DNA of 48,147 nucleotides from a bacterium (GTDB lineage: Bacteria > Patescibacteriota > Gracilibacteria > BD1-5 > JAGOOR01), in NCBI GenBank assembly GCA_031973055.1, contig DALYDS010000001.1, positions 1 through 48,147 of the forward strand, in the 5' to 3' direction. Below, in pieces: positions 47,993-48,147 of the stretch. The notes beneath the pieces were generated by a model, which made no database searches, was not told the origin of the DNA, and saw only the letters and a program-made list of their open reading frames with translations. The first letter of the stretch is position 1, and each line of letters starts with the position of its first letter. The position numbers were made by a program, and so were the translations under genes.

Positions 47993-48147
47993 CTAGAAAT
48001 TACAACCACTATAGTCTCCTGACTTCACGAGTATTTCTGGGAGCTCATTCACCGGTATCGTCTTGTAGTTGATGTGGAGAGTACATTGAGCAGTACCGTC
48101 GTCATTGATGTAGCGGAAGCGTTCGAGGTCTTGTTCTGCGGCGAGGT
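47993..48147 (-). CDS. C-terminal end of an unidentified protein (N-terminus outside the window)
   Basis: Open minus frame ...LAAEQDLERFRYINDDGTAQCTLHINYKTIPVNELPEILVKSGDYSGCNF ending at TAG 47993-47995. It sits directly upstream of the epimerase, so it is possibly a sugar-nucleotide-modifying enzyme. Confidence 0.35.
   Translation of the reverse strand, partial: LAAEQDLERFRYINDDGTAQCTLHINYKTIPVNELPEILVKSGDYSGCNF

Noticed and set aside
1-48147. UGA=Trp (translation table 4, Mycoplasma-like) as an alternative explanation.
   Set aside because: The residues opposite UGA in universally conserved motifs are Gly: RpoB TKLGPE, RpoC FHxGGVA, S12 GV.DRKQ, SFKIRGA, NHAQGVA, GTGGM, and the Nudix box G. 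None is Trp.

Overview
This 48 kb window only makes sense if UGA is read as glycine (translation table 25, Gracilibacteria/Absconditabacteria, Candidate Phyla Radiation). In-frame TGA sits at invariant Gly positions of many conserved proteins: RpoB 'RETKL-G-PE', RpoC 'RTFHSG-G-VA', S12 'LDTQ-G-VADRKQ', IlvA 'YKIR-G-A' and 'GNHAQ-G-VA', Alr 'SYGH-G', ProB 'S-G-TGGM', and the Gly of a Nudix box. I therefore re-joined the fragments of the standard-code ORF track.

The window is mostly housekeeping, with no rRNA, tRNA, CRISPR array or mobile element detected:
- rpoB-rpoC.
- A fused ribosomal-protein operon: infA-rpmJ-rpsM-rpsK-rpsD-rpoA-rplQ-rplM-rpsI-rpsL-rpsG-rpmA.
- rpsT-infC-rpmI-rplT.
- ileS, alr, proB, ilvA, a ribonucleotide reductase, ybeY and an rsmF-like gene.
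- Nucleotide house-cleaning enzymes (YjjX, MazG, Nudix).
- Envelope genes (DUF4012, PAP2, DedA, FtsX-like, YidD, SLH/PKD surface protein, SIMPL).
- Several hypothetical proteins.

Main observations:
1. ileS is one 1572-codon frame whose complete synthetase core carries three inserted hydrolase modules (Nudix, histidine phosphatase, YdeN-like alpha/beta serine hydrolase).
2. Leader-peptide/terminator attenuators appear to precede ilvA (leader with IIII) and, in tandem, proB (leaders with VPP and PVPP).
3. A T-box-like antiterminator with an AUC specifier in a short hairpin precedes ileS.
4. RpoB has a Lys-rich repetitive N-terminal extension, RpoC an acidic one, and L35 a Lys/Ala/Pro-rich tail.
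5. 'ATGA' gene junctions persist whose TGA is now read through.
6. Several promoters sit 6-7 nt from the start ATG, which implies leaderless mRNAs.
7. There is an orphan structured sRNA candidate and a possible -1 frameshift site.

All calls come from manual translation and motif recognition. No database search was run.
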